Source: the human T2T-CHM13v2.0 reference genome, Homo sapiens. Taken from it: 64,000 nt of DNA. The notes beneath the pieces were generated by a model. The model did no database searches, was not told the origin of the DNA, and worked only from the letters and a program-made list of their open reading frames with translations. The position numbers and the translations under genes are program-made. The stretch is from positions 15,008,001 to 15,072,000 of the forward strand of contig CP068257.2 in assembly GCA_009914755.4 (NCBI GenBank). The letters run 5' to 3'. Below are positions 24,576 through 39,225 of this stretch, piece by piece; position 1 is the first letter of the stretch, and each line of letters opens with the position of its first letter.

Positions 24576-27500
24576 GACGTAGTTATTTAACCTTCAAAAC
24601 AAACCCATGAGACAGGGATGATCATTATCTTTTACTTGTAAAAGAGTTATCATTACCCTTTTACAGGCAAAGAAAAGGAGACACAAATATGTTTCATTAG
24701 TCAACCACAAAAACAGCTAGTAAGTGGAAAAGCTGAGATTCAAACCTAGGCAGTCTGACTCCAGAATTTTTGTTCACATTGTTTGTCTGTGGCACCCAAA
24801 ATGGTTGGGCTCAAGGGAGAATTAAATCCAAAGATTTATTAAATTTATCCAAATATACAATTCAAAAAAACCTCATACATTCTGCTTAAATACTCTGATT
24901 TTTTTTTCAGGAACCCCTTTAAATATTCAGTGCCAGGGAAAAATTCACAATACTTAAGCTCATATTTAAGTCATTGTTCCTGGATTTTAGATATGCTTAA
25001 AAGAAGCCTGGGTAGGAAAAAGATATGGAAATATGACTTTTAAAAGTAAACATTAGTATCTTCTAAAGTTAAACTAATAGCACATAGACAGTTCCCATCC
25101 CTCCTTTAAACATGCTATAGATCTGAGCTATGAGCCGACTCAGTCCCATCCCGTACAAGCCCACTTCACATTCAAGTCCATGCTTGTCTCCAGACAGCTC
25201 AGGTAGAACCAAAGTAGCCCTTGGGTTTTGGCTTAAAGCAGTCTGAGTGGGAGCACCTACAGAGCTTATGGGAGACAAACTTTGAATCTATGGTATTTTC
25301 ATTTATTTTTTAAATTTTCAAAAGGCTTGGTTTTCCCCCTTACCCCCTCCTTCAAAAGCATAGGCTGTAGGTACAAAAAGGGAGTGAAATATGGAGAAAA
25401 GGGAAATGTGGGAAGAGAAAGAAGGTCAGGAAAAGAAATTTTTTACTCAGAAGCATTTTTTTCCCTTTAGAATGTGTTTAAATTTGTAAGTATGATTTTT
25501 AACTGAAAGTTGAAAATTATAACTTGAGTCAGCAGAGTAATTACCTACATTGTGTCAGGAATTCTGCTTCTAGGAAACAAATGAATTCATAAAATGTCAC
25601 TTTTCTTCCTAGACACACAAAAATTTATACCTGCAACCTTAATATATTGAAACATACAACTTGCAGACATACTGTGTAAGTGTGTAACTTTCTAACTTGG
25701 CTAGGACAGAGGAGCAAGCTGGATGGAAATTGAGCTGTTCTTGCAAATTTCGGAGAACTAGTTCATCAGAGATGGAAATTCCAAACAGCTTGCTGAGGCT
25801 AAATGGAATTGAGGGGCTATGGATTCAATGCAGACCATAATTGAGTTTTATTTGCCCTTTCAAGGACTTATGCAAAGCTTTATTCCCTTAGCACAGTACA
25901 CACAAGGTGACATTTTTCAGCAGTCTGACTTTTCAATTATGGATCTTTTGGAAAGCTAATGATGTCAATATTGTTAATACTGCCAACATTGTGTCAGTAC
26001 ATTGAAGAACCTGTGATATTAAATATGCTGATGTAAAAATATATGTTATTTCTGCTCAGCCGTGTGCAAACAATCTGGCTGAAGTGCTAGAATTATAGGG
26101 AAATCCTCTCCAGAGATAAAAGCAGAATGGAATTCGGTTGAGAGCAGTTAAAAAGCTCTCTTGTTTTAAGTGGTTTCCTGAAGTACTGAGGCCAAAATTT
26201 TAGAAGCTAATTGCATGGAGTCTCTCACTCAAGACTTCTGGTTAAAGTTAGAATACTCTTACCATGTTATTTGTACTTTAGGGGATGGGGAGAGCATCAT
26301 AATGTCTAAAGTTTTAAAAAATTTATACAAATAGAATTTTTGAGTAAATGATTGATGATATTAAAAGGTTTAAGAGAATAACAACTCTTCAGGCAGCAAA
26401 GGGTCTAAGACCAAATATTTTCCATCACACAATTACTATAACAAAGCCAGGATCATATTCTTCACAGTAAACCCTCATTTATTAGTTATGAGCATTGGTG
26501 ATTTTTCAGTGTGATGGGTTCCAGATGTCTAAATACAGTGACAACCCATTGATAAAAGGAATTATAGTGACCGCAGTAACAAAAGCACATTCTCCTTAAA
26601 AGTAAAAGGAATAACAAATGTGATATTTAATTACATATTTAAGATATTACCCTTCCAGATTCTTTTCTCCATATTTTTATTACTTATTTCAAAATCTCTC
26701 GCCTACTATATCTCTTCTAGACAATAAATTCTAACAATGATTTTATTTCTCATGTATGAAAATGTCTATCTGATATTTCCAGAGAATAAAACCTTTTTGG
26801 CATGGAATTAAAATGCATGCTAAACTTAAGAAAAATTTCATTTGCTGGTAATGTCCAAATGAAACAAAGTATTTGGTGTTGAATAGGAAATCTGTAGTGG
26901 TAACAACTAACAATAGGGCAGAAAGGTTTTTATTATAAAGGAAACCCAAGAAATAACTTCTTGGAGTAGTATACTCCTACTATCTTAGAATAGTAATATT
27001 CTAGTATTATTTTAGAGGTAGTTAAGAAAAGTATGTGTCAAGAACTACATAAACATTATTCCATAGGCCATCACTATAATATAAATGTTAGAATACATTA
27101 TCTGAGACTATTATTTAATATAATCTTTGTCATGTTTCAGTAAATAACTTCACTTATATTACAATATAAAAATAATTAATATTGCCTTTCAATCTATATA
27201 AATTTTAAGGTGATCATCTCACATATAAATTTCATATAATAATGATAATAAGTGTTTATAAAATAAAATAAAAATAAGCATGAATTAGGAAAAGGAGACT
27301 TTTCTCTAGGTTAAGTTCTGTGTTATTTGTATTTGTTGATCCTCTTGTACATATTTTGCAGCGAAAGTGAGTTTTATGATGTTTAAAATGATGGTGGAAA
27401 AGTGAAGAATAAGCACCCATCTATATAAAGAAAGACTTAAAATTGATCATTGTATAGCAAAATTCAAAATGAGTATTACCTTTAAAAGTAACTTGTAATG

Positions 27501-28095
27501 ATAGAATATTTTTATACTAGGTTGAAAACAATACTTATCTTTTTTTTTTTTAACTACAAAAATGAGAAGGGTGATAAGTAATTCAGGTCCTCGAGCAAAA
27601 AGCAATATAAAAGTTTTGACATAGAAATATTTTTTGTAGGAGGGAGATTTTGGAAGAAAGGGGCAGATGCACATGAAATTATGGTTTAAAACTTTGCTAA
27701 TCCTCAAACTTAAAAGTGATTCAACTTTAGGAATAGCCAAAAATCTAGTAAATATTTGAGCACACTAACTGGGTAAATTTTTATCCTCTTTTATTTTGTT
27801 GTTAATGGGTGATGAGACTAATACTAATTTTTGCATGATTTATAAAGTGCTGCTAAATATGACTCTAGATGACTCCAGAAAGTATTTGAAGTCATAACAT
27901 AAAGTGAATTTCCTCTTTGAATAATTTGTCTCTTTTGAATCAGTTTTCTGTTGCTGTGTAATAAATTCCACAAATTTAGCAGCATGCAACAGTATCCACT
28001 TATTAGTTCATGGTTCTGTAGTTCAGAAATAAGGACATGGCATCATCAGTTCTCTGCTGAGATCTCAGAATACTAAAAATCAAGGTGTCATCTGG

Positions 28096-28457
28096 TGATA
28101 TGAGTTGGCTGTGTCCCCACCCAAATCTCATCTTGAATTGTGGCTCCCATAATTCCCTTGCGTTGTGGGAGGGACCCAGTGGGAGGTAATTAAATTATAG
28201 AAGAGGGTTTTTCTCATGCTGTTCTCATGATAGTGAATAACTCTCACGAGATCTGATGGTCTTATAAAGGGCAGTTCCCCTGCACATGCTCTCTTGCCTG
28301 CTGCCGTGCAAGTCGTTCTTTGCTCCTCCTTTGTCCTCCACCATGATTGTGAGGCCTCCCCAGCCCTGTGGAACTGTGAGTCGATTAAACCTCCTTTTCT
28401 TTATAAATTACCCAGTCTCAGGTATATCTTTCAGCAGTGTGGGAATAAACTAATACA
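28096..28457 (+). mobile_element. MaLR solo LTR (THE1-type)
   Basis: TGATATGAGTTGGCTGTGTCCCCACCCAAATCTCATCTTGAATTGTGGCTCCCATAATTCCC..GTTGTGGGAGGGACCCAGTGGGAGGTAATT...TTTATAAATTACCCAGTCTCAGGTAT..CAGCAGTGTGGGAATAAACTAATACA. Confidence 0.85.
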
Positions 28458-29665
28458 TCTGGGCTGAATTTTTTTATGGAGCTTGAAATCTTTTTCTAAA
28501 CATACATGTTTTGGGCAAGTTTTAGTTCCATGCAGTTATAGCACTTAGGTCCCTGTTTCCAGCTCTCAGCCAGAGGCCACTCTCAGCTCCTTGCCAAGTG
28601 GCACCTCCAAGTTCAAAGCCAGCAGCATAGTATTTCTTTTTCATCCAATCACCCTCACCTTCAAATCTCCTTGGCCAAGAATACAGCCAAGTGGATTCCC
28701 TGATTAGGTTCATCCCTCTCAAGATAATCTTCCCATATTAAGGTCAAATGGTTTGGAATCTTAATTACATTTGCAAAATCCCTTTGGCATATAACACATC
28801 ATCAGTGAAGTGATATCTAATCATATTCACAGTTTCCACCCACACATATGGGTAAGAGATTACACAAAGGAGAGGGTCATTAAAGTCATTTTGAAATTCT
28901 GGCTGCCACAACCCTCCTAACTGAGCTTTCCACTTCCTTCAACCTCTAATCTGCTGCCAAATAGTTTTTTTTTCCTAAATGCAATTATGAAGAAGTTATT
29001 CAATACCACCATCACTATCATCTGTACCATTAATGTTTAAAGTATTTTGTTGGTTTTCACTTGTTCATTCTTATGATAGCACATTTGGGTATTGTTTCTT
29101 CAAATATTTTCTGCCTCTCAAATCTTCATACACAGTGCTCTAACTCCATTTACCTAGTTTTAGTACCTTTTGAAGACCTATTTCCCCTCCAGACTCCCTT
29201 ATCCTTAGAGTTTGTATTTCTCCAAACCTACTGCCTGTCTCTCAACTTCCGCTTGTTTCTTTAGGTTCATTAAGATTCAGCTTGGAAATCATATCTTTCA
29301 AGGACATTTTCTAGTACCTTTCCCCATCCTTAGCCCCTTCATTTTAGAGAGATGCCTCTTCTCTGCAATCTCAGATAACTTGCATGATTCTCCTAACTTC
29401 ACTCTGTATTTTAATTGCCTGCTGTTTGCTTTACTCCACTGGATTGTGACCCTGTTGAGGAAGAAAGTTTCTAAAGTTTCTTCCATATCTCATTTATGGT
29501 GTTTCTGATGTCCAAAATAGTTCCTGTGACCAGAAAAGAAAATTGTTAAAATTCATGAAACTCTGACACTTTCTAATTTTGAGACCATTTCTGTAAATGA
29601 CAAATAATTTGACTTTTCTGTATTCTGGTTATTTCAGTTACCTTATGGGTTAGACAAAATCCACA

Positions 29666-30052
29666 GTGTATTAGTCCATTCTCACCCTGCTATAAATAAA
29701 TACCCGAGACTGGGTAATTTATAAAGAAAAAGACTTTAATTGACTCCCATTTCCACATGGCTGGGGAGGCCTCAGGAAACTTACAGTCATGGCAGAAGGC
29801 AAAAGAGAAGCAAGGACCTTGGTTACATTGCAGCAGGAGAGAGAAGTGCAAGCACAGGAAATGCCAGACTCTTATAAATCCATCAGATCTCATGAGAATT
29901 CACTATCACAAGAAGAGCGTGGGGGAAACCACCCCATGATCCAATCACCTCCCTCCCTCTACACGTGGGGATTACAAGTTCCTCCCTTGACACGGGAGGA
30001 TTATAATTTGAGATGAGTTTTGGGCGGGGACATAGAGACAAACAATATTACA
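29666..30052 (-). mobile_element. MaLR solo LTR (MST/THE1-type), minus orientation
   Basis: Reverse complement of a MaLR LTR: GTGTATTAGTCCATTCTCACCCTGCTATAAATAAATACCCGAGACTGGGTAATTTATAAAG...CATGGCTGGGGAGGCCTCAGGAAACTTACAGTCATGGCAGAAGGCAA...GGGGATTACAAGTTCC..ATTATAATTTGAGATGAGTTTTGGGCGGGGACATAGAGACAAAC. Confidence 0.8.
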
Positions 30053-30154
30053 CAGTATATTGGCTTTTATAATCAAGTGAAAGTTTAGGGCTAATTAAAT
30101 AATGGTCTAGGTAAATGGATATTGTTTAGATAACTGGAAACAGGGTCTTAATTT

Positions 30155-30187
30155 TATATATATATATATATATATTTTTTTTTTTTC
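30155..30187. repeat. (TA)n followed by (T)n, simple repeat
   Basis: ATATATATATATATATATATTTTTTTTTTTT read directly. Confidence 0.9.
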
Positions 30188-30718
30188 TTTCTTTTCAGTT
30201 AGTATAACAGAAAATGCTGGAGCATGGATCAAAAGGCAGAGCAACCATAAGGACCCCGTAATGGGACATAATTAATGAGGCAAAAGTATAAACTTCTAAT
30301 AAAATTACAAACTCAAATAGATTGGCATTGTTTTTGCATTAAAGTATTATACTTATCTTGGCTGTGCTTTATATCCTAATTTGTAGTTTTCTATTTTATT
30401 TAATTCATTATTTTAAAAAAGTTTCCAATGTTAGAAAATTTCTGTAGGAAACTTTAAGTCTGCCGGCCACGCAAAAACATTTTTATAGTTTCTTTCATCA
30501 ACATTAATTAAATGGCTACAGATGCCCTGTTAATTTTCTTATGAATTGCACACTTATTATACCATTTTATAGGCATCTTATCAGTCATGAGTACACATTG
30601 AAAGGTTTGCATTAGTTTTGCTAACAAAGTATTTATCCTAAAATGCAGATGGTAGAATTATAGATATGATTCTTAAGGAAAATACCGTGCTTGAAAAATG
30701 AAGTATCAAATACAACAC

Positions 30719-30752
30719 ACTCTCTCTCTCCCTCTGTCTCTCTCTCTCTCTC
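30719..30752. repeat. (CT)n imperfect microsatellite
   Basis: ACTCTCTCTCTCCCTCTGTCTCTCTCTCTCTCTCC. Confidence 0.85.
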
Positions 30753-33700
30753 CACCCACATTTAAAAAACATATACATTAGGGAAAAAATTCCTGTTGAT
30801 ACTGGAGAATGAGAACATATCCCTTTATACTGAATCATTTTGAATGTAGAAAATAGGATATGTTTCTGAACAGAAAAAATACTTTAAGCATTAATTAGCA
30901 TGTATAAATTAATTTATAAGAAAAAACTCATCCAGTGTTTACACAACACTTCAATAAGCTGCACTAACGGAACCATACAAACCCTTTGCACAAGTGTAGA
31001 AAAATACTTAATGGTTTTCATTTGACTTCTCTCTGAATATATTATCAAGTCTTAAAAATAACACGGTACCTTTTGGTGAGAAACATACAATAGTCCTGAA
31101 ATAGACATTCATTTTCTACATTTCACTTTTAAGCAATTAACAGTTTATATTAGTTGTCAAGAGTTTGTGTTTTAAAAAAAATTCTAAGTAGAATAAACAT
31201 TTATAGGTGACTTTTAAACACTGGAAAACATTTATTTGAGAATCGATCATGTTTTTTAAAAGTGCTGTATCTGACAAAAAAAAGTGTCTTTTTCCTTTTC
31301 TATCTCATTTTTATATAAGAGAAATATAGTTGTTCCAAGGATCATCTTAATTGTCATACCTGCATTAAAAATAACTTTATTTGGATTACAGTTTTTATCA
31401 TCTGCTTTTTTAAAACGGAATAACATTGACCTTGAAACTTTCACTTTTACAATGAGAATGACAGTTTTCTTCTGGGAGATATTCACATGTAATTATTAGT
31501 TGTTCTTTGCTTTGAATTTATTAAAGTACATTCAAGGAAGTCTATTTCAAGACTCAATTTTTTATATTACATTTTTAAAATTCAATGTAGAAAACATCAA
31601 AAATGTGAAAATTATACTGATGTCTTTCTGACCCAACAAAACACAAAATGCTATTCAGTACTTCTCAGCCTTGGCTATTTACTGGAAGCACCTGGGGACG
31701 GAGGTGAAGCTCACGAAGGTCCTGATGCCCTGGCTGCCCCTTGGATCATTTATATCAAATTGAAGTGTGGGAACTGGCAGCGATATTTTTAAGAATTACC
31801 TGAAGTTTCCAATGTGCAGACAAACTTGAGAAATACTACTCAACTAGTGGCTCTGAATTTGTTTTACATTCTAATTACCTGTGGAGGTTTTTAAACTTTG
31901 TTTAAAAGTCAAAACCACACTCCATACCAATTAAATCAGGTAGAGTGAGACACAAGGAACAGCGTTTAAAAATGTTTCAGCTGATTACAGTGTTCAGCTA
32001 AGTTTGAGAACAAGTGCTTTAGGTTGGAAATCAGTTTAGGCATATTGCTGTTCTATGTTTGTGGATTGTTTCAGTTTGTGATAGGGAGGTGGTGGGGAAG
32101 ATGACAAGAAGGGAACAAATACTACTGCATTTTTTAACCAACGCTATTTTGTAGATTCTACGTATTTAAAGCCATTTAATAAAAACTTAGCCTATATTAA
32201 ATGTGAAACACATTAACGAAAGAGTTGCATGAAAATATAAAACTGTTTAATGAAGATCTGGTAGCTTTCCCTCAGAATTGCAAAGGAGAATGTAAACTGT
32301 TGTATCGTGATTCCTTTATCTCTTCCACAGAGAAAATACACCATAAAAGTAATAAGAACATGCTAAAGCAACTGTTAGTTAAATATGTATTTCCTTTTCT
32401 TACAAATTGTGCCCTTTGTTGAAAAATTGCAAAGTGATAGATGGCTTATTTGTTTATATTGTTAGGTTGTATAAGATGTACTCTTTTCAAAAACTGTTCT
32501 AACAATTTGGTCTGAATTGAGCTTGGATTCTTCCAAATTTTATTGCCATATACATTAAGTTTCAATCCAAGCTTTAATACTTACTGTTATGCCTTTTTCA
32601 AAAAGCATTCCAAAGAAAAGTTACAGTCAGGTCAATTTGCTAAAATATGCTAGAATAAAAAGCCAATATAATCATGAACTTTTGCTCCATAATCATTATG
32701 TTTATCCCTGTATATGTCCAAATAATATTTGAGGTAGTTCACAGTCAACTGGGATAAAGGAGGGAGAGATGCCCAATATTGTCTTTGTGTTATTCTTCCT
32801 GTAGCAAGTAAACTGTTAATTCATTACAGTGTAGAGATACATAAATGCTAAAATATGGAATACATTAAATGTTGAATAAGTTTTTATTATCTAGTGATAA
32901 GGTCTGTGAAAATTATATATTGAAACTTGAAACAAAAGCAAGAGTTTTACTAAATAGTTATTCTTGTTCTTAAATTTCCATTTCTACATGTGACATCAAA
33001 ATCGCAATCCAGTCTTCAAAGGGATGTTATAATTATGTAGGTACAGATACAGAACTCCTACATCTCCCACTCACATACCCACACACACCCACCTAAACAT
33101 TTCTTAACAATAATTTCTCTACAGGCTTTTAAAATTATGAAGGTAATTATATTTCCACCTCCTGATTTTCACCATATTGCAGTGATCAAACATTGTACAA
33201 ACAGGATTAAAGCATTTATGTTTTGATCAAGATCATTTCCCTGCTGGAGCTATCATTTGCGTCAAGGGCAAATGTATGAACACAGTTTGAAAATCATGCA
33301 AGAAGCTAGAATCCGTGGAAGAGTAGTTAACCAAGATTCTACATCATCAGCCAAGAACAACGTGTGTTCATGACTCTTTGTGGTGATTTATTCACATACT
33401 GCCCGGTTTACATTGGATTAGTTTTTCTAAAGATAAGTTTCTACACCAGATGACTTTCTAAAGCCTTGTTGAGTATGCAACTCAATGAGTTAGGAGTTTC
33501 CTTTGTTAGCAAACCTGTCTTTTCTTGACAATGAAAACTCTCACTGTGAGTGTTAAACCTAGTCTTGTCTGCTGTGAAGCTGTAGTTGAAATCTTGTCTC
33601 ACCTGTGAGGCATACTGGATATAAATTAGTGAAACACAATGCTTGAGGAACAGTAGTAGTACTTTGAGCTAATGGATTAACCAACTCTAAGTTTAACTTC

Positions 33701-34841
33701 TCTGCTCCCTAGTTTTTGAAAACAGAATAGTCATCAAAGATGGAGCTGTATATACGGCTCCTGAATATAGATGTAAGGAATTCATAGCCCAATTCAATCT
33801 AATTATGTGGGAAATGTCTTATTTGTAGAAAGAACATGAGTTTTGTTTGAGATTACCCGACAGCTCCATTACTGACTAGCTCTCTGACAAGGGGCAAATA
33901 ATGTGACTTCTTAAAGCCTTAGTTTATTCATCATAAAATGAAAATAATAAAACTACCAAAGGGTTTGTAGAGGCAATTAAATAGAATAAAGCTTGTAATA
34001 CACCTAACAGGGCAAATTACACATAGCAGTCACCAAAATAATATCCATTTTCCTTCTGTGTAACTGTGAGGAAAGAAGTCTGGGTCCCAAGAGTAGGCTG
34101 ACATGAAAAGTGACAAGATAAATAATATTATCATAATAAAAAACTATAAAAAGTATTGTTTTTCAACTTTTCCCTCTAATTACATTACCTCTCCTTCCAT
34201 GACCCCTTTGTTTTTCTCACTCATTTAGAAGATTGTACTTCCTTTTATTCAGCCTAACCATTCTGCATACACAGATACATACTTTGGACATCATGCTTGA
34301 AAATATTTTTAAGCAAATGTATGAATATTAGACCAAGATACACACTTATAATTGTATATGAATTATTTGACCTCTTAAAATGTATTTTTACACCAAGCGG
34401 TAACAACAAATGTGATAAATCAAGAAAATTAAGAGCCACCGCACATTACTGGCTTGTCAAAAAGCACATATATTCATGCTTCTGATGTGGTTATATAAAC
34501 ACATCACTGCACTGTTTCCAAGCAGAAATTTGTGTGGCTTGGCAGTCCTAGAAGGATTGAAAAAGTTAAAAAGGATTATCACAGTATCCATTATGAAGCT
34601 CTATTGGAGATGTTTTGACATAACTACTATTTTACTTATTTGATTAACAAAAACACTCATTTTTTTTTAAATTTTGACTCAAGAATATTATTAGATTAGT
34701 CTTGCTTTTACTGTAGGTATTTGCAGAAACTCATTCAACTTTCTAGAAACTTTTGCCTAGAATAACTCAAAAATGGCTGCTTTAAAAGAAAATTTGCTGA
34801 AAATTTGTTCAGCATTATCACCTACAAAAATGGTTTTGTAA

Positions 34842-35144
34842 GCCGGGCGCGGTAACACACACCTGTAATCCCAGAAGTTTGGGAGGCCAAGATTGGCAGA
34901 TCTCTCAAATTCAGGAGTTTGAGACCAGCCTGGGCAACATGGCAAAAACCTGTCTCTAGTAAAAGTACAAAAATTAGCTGGGTGTGATGGCGCAGGGCTG
35001 TAATCCCAGTACTTAGATGGCTGAGGCACGAGAATCCCTTGAATCCTGGAAGCAGAGGTTGCAGTGAGCCACAATCATGCCACTGTACTCCAGCCTGGGT
35101 GACAGAGTAAGACTCTGTCTCAAAGAAAGAAAGAAAGAAAGAAA
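34842..35144 (+). mobile_element. Alu SINE (diverged, AluS/J-like) with (GAAA)n tail
   Basis: AGCCGGGCGCGGTAACACACACCTGTAATCCCAGAAGTTTGGGAGGCCAAGATTGGCAGATC..., tail CAAAGAAAGAAAGAAAGAAAGAAAAG. Flanking direct repeat AAAA(T)GGTTTTGT. Confidence 0.93.
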
Positions 35145-35218
35145 AGGTTTTGTGATACCATGTTCTACATACCAGTTATGATGGTGATGTCTCAATTCAG
35201 ATATGTTCATTTCGTTAA

Positions 35219-35538
<320 letters not shown>

Positions 35539-36966
35539 AAAATTAGCCTGTAAATGGTCATTTCAAAATGCTTCTATCTGATCATGGAAAAAAATTATAC
35601 AAATCCCAGTTAAAGGACATTCTATAAAATACCTGACTGATACATCTCAAAACTATGAAAGTCGTCAAAAACAAGAAAAATTTGAGAACTCTCACTGTTG
35701 AAGCAACATGACTGCTCAATATAATATGCTATACTGGATGAGATCTTGGAACAGAAAAAGATTAGGCAAACAACAGAATAAAATATGGATTATAGTTAAT
35801 AATGTGTCAATATTGTTTAATTGATAATAATAGATGTACCATACTAATATCTTAGTAAAAAGAAATCTGGATGTGGGGTATATGAGAACTCTCTATATTA
35901 TCTTCAGTTTTAAAATTAATTCTAAAACTATTCTAAATTAAAATTTTAATTTAAAAAATGCTCCCTTTTTGAAATTCATGTTGGGTATTTGGTGTCAATT
36001 TGAAATCCCATAATAGTGCTCAAATTCAAAGCAACAAGCGACTTTTAATCATTCAGCATTGAAAATTTCCTTGCCCTTAAAATTTGCTATCTTGTGCAGA
36101 TAACATATATAAGCAAGAAATATTTGACGAAATGACCCAAGAACAATATACAATTAAGGGATAAAATGAAGAGATAAGACAAAGAAGAACTCTTGGCATT
36201 GAGAAGTAAATGTGCAAAACAGTTAACTGTCTCAGAAAAATCAGGGATGTAGAACAGTGTTGTTCAATAGAACTTTCTGTGATGATGGAAATGATTGCAT
36301 GTGCTGTATAATATGTAGCCACAGCTACCTGTAGCTATAGAGAACTTGAAATATGGCTAGTGTGACTGGGGAAATGAATGTTTTATCTTCTCCAGTTTAA
36401 ATTGAATTGGATTTAAATAGCGACATATGACTAGCGCCTACTGTATTAGTGTGAAATTAGTGTTTGAGCTAAACACAGAAGCCCAAGTAAAACTTCGGTA
36501 GATAGCCCATTTCAGTGCAAGGACACACTATAGTTAATAAAAGACACCATGCTTGTGGAACAGTGAGTAGATCCATGAGCTACTACATCAATCAACCTTC
36601 AAATCTATCCCACCTCTGTACTTCCTGTTCTTTGATCCAAAACTCATTTTCTATGTAAGCCAATTTTAGCTCTTCATATGAGCTATGCATCCAAATTTAA
36701 TCTTCTCTTTAAGGTTTTTTGTTCTAGTTTAAACTTGGTCTTTAGAAGAGAAAATTGAGAGAAGCAAAATCATAAAAGAGAAAGAAAAGGTATATCTGAT
36801 CCATGAGGGAGAACTTGCTTTTTTATGTCTCTGATGTTCTAATCTGATTTTATGCCGTACTAAATTGTGATGAGTCCCATTTAGCTTAACCTTATTTTTA
36901 TACTCGTGCGTTGCCAGCCATAGTTTTTCGATTAGTTAGCTGGAGTTCTTATAAAAAGGATATCAC

Positions 36967-37294
<328 letters not shown>

Positions 37295-37599
37295 TTACAA
37301 CTCTTATCTACTTCCATTGTATAAAGCTTGAAGAGATGAGTTGGATATGAGATAAAGCTTCTTCAACAGGTGCAGGCACTCAACAATCTTAGCTATAAGT
37401 GAGAGAAAGATGCATCAGGTAGGTGAGAATTACTTCTACCATGTAGTTTTCCATCAACCACTCTAAAATTGCCTAGAAGCCTGAGCCTAAGAAGAAGATT
37501 ATAAGTATTGATTATTCATCTTCCCATAAAAAACCATTAAGAATAATTCCATTACATGTTTATATCATTGACCACCAAAAGTTCAATCCTCAAAGGTCA

Positions 37600-39225
37600 T
37601 CCATCATCATCTGAGCACTTACACCTAAAGTCTCTATGTACCTCTCCACTAATGTGACCCTCTATCCCAACCCTCCCCAGTGCTGCAGACATTTCCATTA
37701 AAGCTCCTAGGAATGTACTGTCATCAACAAAACTGCCTGTACACTCACAATCTTTTATGAGCGTTAGCTTCACTTTCTTGCTTTAATTGAAGTCTAGTGA
37801 TTTCTGAGGTCACTTATCTCCTTGAAGATCTCTCAAACAGAGAATAGATTTACTCTATTCTCTGAGAAACCTTCAGGTGGTATCATCCTTGTTTCTCATT
37901 GCTGGTCAATGGGTTGGCAGATCTATGCACTTCCAGAATGCTTATCAATCCTTGTCTCTCAATCAAGCCAGCTACTTTGAAGCACATGCCATCAGATTAC
38001 ACCAACTCTTACCCTTCCTTGTTTATTTTCCAAATTCCCAGTCACTTTCACTCATTGAAAATTTTAGTGACTGGTTCATGTGCTTCTCTTCAAAACTACT
38101 TCAGTTATTAGTCTCTGAAATAATAAATTCTAAATAGAAAATTAATCTATTAATAACATCTAGGCTCAGTCACTTTCAGTAACATATTTTTCTAAAATCC
38201 CCTTCAGTCACACTATTTTGTAATCATACCCTAAAACTTGGCATTAACTGTAACAATATTTGCAGTTTAGCCATCTCTCTGAACAGAGATTCTTATTATT
38301 CCAGGTTTCTAGTATCCCATCCCAAAAATTTTATGAGGCCATCAGAGCTGCCAATCCATTGGTCATTCTGTCATTTTTTCACCACGCATTAATCACCTAA
38401 TATCATTATTATCCTCTTTACCTAATTTAAGTCAATGTTCAATCACTATGATTACTCTCTCGTCTTTACTCACAACTCCCTTACCTATAGTTACTCCATC
38501 ATACTTCTTGGAAAAATCCTAAACAAGGTTAAACCCTATGTTCTGCTGTAATAAACCTTTACTTAGGAAGTGTTGAAAAACATACAACTGTGCTGATTGG
38601 GCTCCCTTTTAATTCATATGTTACAACGCTAAGGTTGTTCCTTTTTAGAGCCTGTAAATCATGTTACTCTTACTTTTCTCATCTCTCAAGTGATTCTTTC
38701 AAATCTTTACGTATGTTCTGTTGTGAAATACCAAACACTTGCTTTTATTCCAACTGCTAACTTCAATTTCTATTTGCTTGAAGACAGAAGCAATTAGGAG
38801 AGAATCCTTTTATTGCTTTCCCACTATATTTAGCAAACTCTTGGTATGTAGGCACACTGTCTTCTGTGTCATGCAAGAACAAGAGACTAAAATGCTAATG
38901 CCTATTCTTCTGCTTCTGCACCTGACCTCACCTCTTCTTTCCTATACAAGGACTTTGCTCTTAATCATTATTCCTCTTTCCTAAATTATCTATTTTTTCT
39001 CTACTGTATCTTTATGATCAGTTCAAAAATTACATATATGCATAATATGAGCAACTCCCACATGGTAGCCTCTTTCACTCATTGTGGTATTCATTCAAGA
39101 ATCCCCTCCACAGAGAGGCCTCCCCTGACTACCCTATCTAAATACAGTGTCTAAACATATCATTTTCTCTTGCTCTAGGCTGTTTTATTTTTTCTTCATA
39201 GCTCTAGTGATTACTGGAAGGTAAA
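37600..39225 (+). mobile_element. LINE-2 (L2) fragment including the 3' end
   Basis: 39090-39225 (...CCCCTCCACAGAGAGGCCTCCCCTGACTACCCTATCTAAATACAGTGTCTAAACATATCATTTTCTCTTGCTCTAGGCTGTTTTATTTTTTCTTCATAGCTC...) matches the L2 3' end consensus (...AGAGAGGCCTTCCCTGACCACCCTATCTAAAATAGCACCC...CTGCTTTATTTTTCTTCATAGCACTTATCAC...). Upstream sequence has L2-like character. Extent is approximate. Confidence 0.45.

Noticed and set aside
28096-30052. The two MaLR LTRs at 28096-28457 (+) and 29666-30052 (−) as the LTR pair of one element
   Set aside because: They are in opposite orientations and belong to different sub-types (THE1-like versus MST-like terminal sequences). They are independent solo LTRs.
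31640-31800. Locally GC-richer unique segment (…GGAAGCACCTGGGGACGGAGGTGAAGCTCACGAAGGTCCTGATGCCCTGGCTGCCCCTTGG…) as a possible exon
   Set aside because: The open frame is under 40 codons, with no recognisable splice consensus pair or codon-usage signal that I can verify by eye. Left as unclassified unique sequence.
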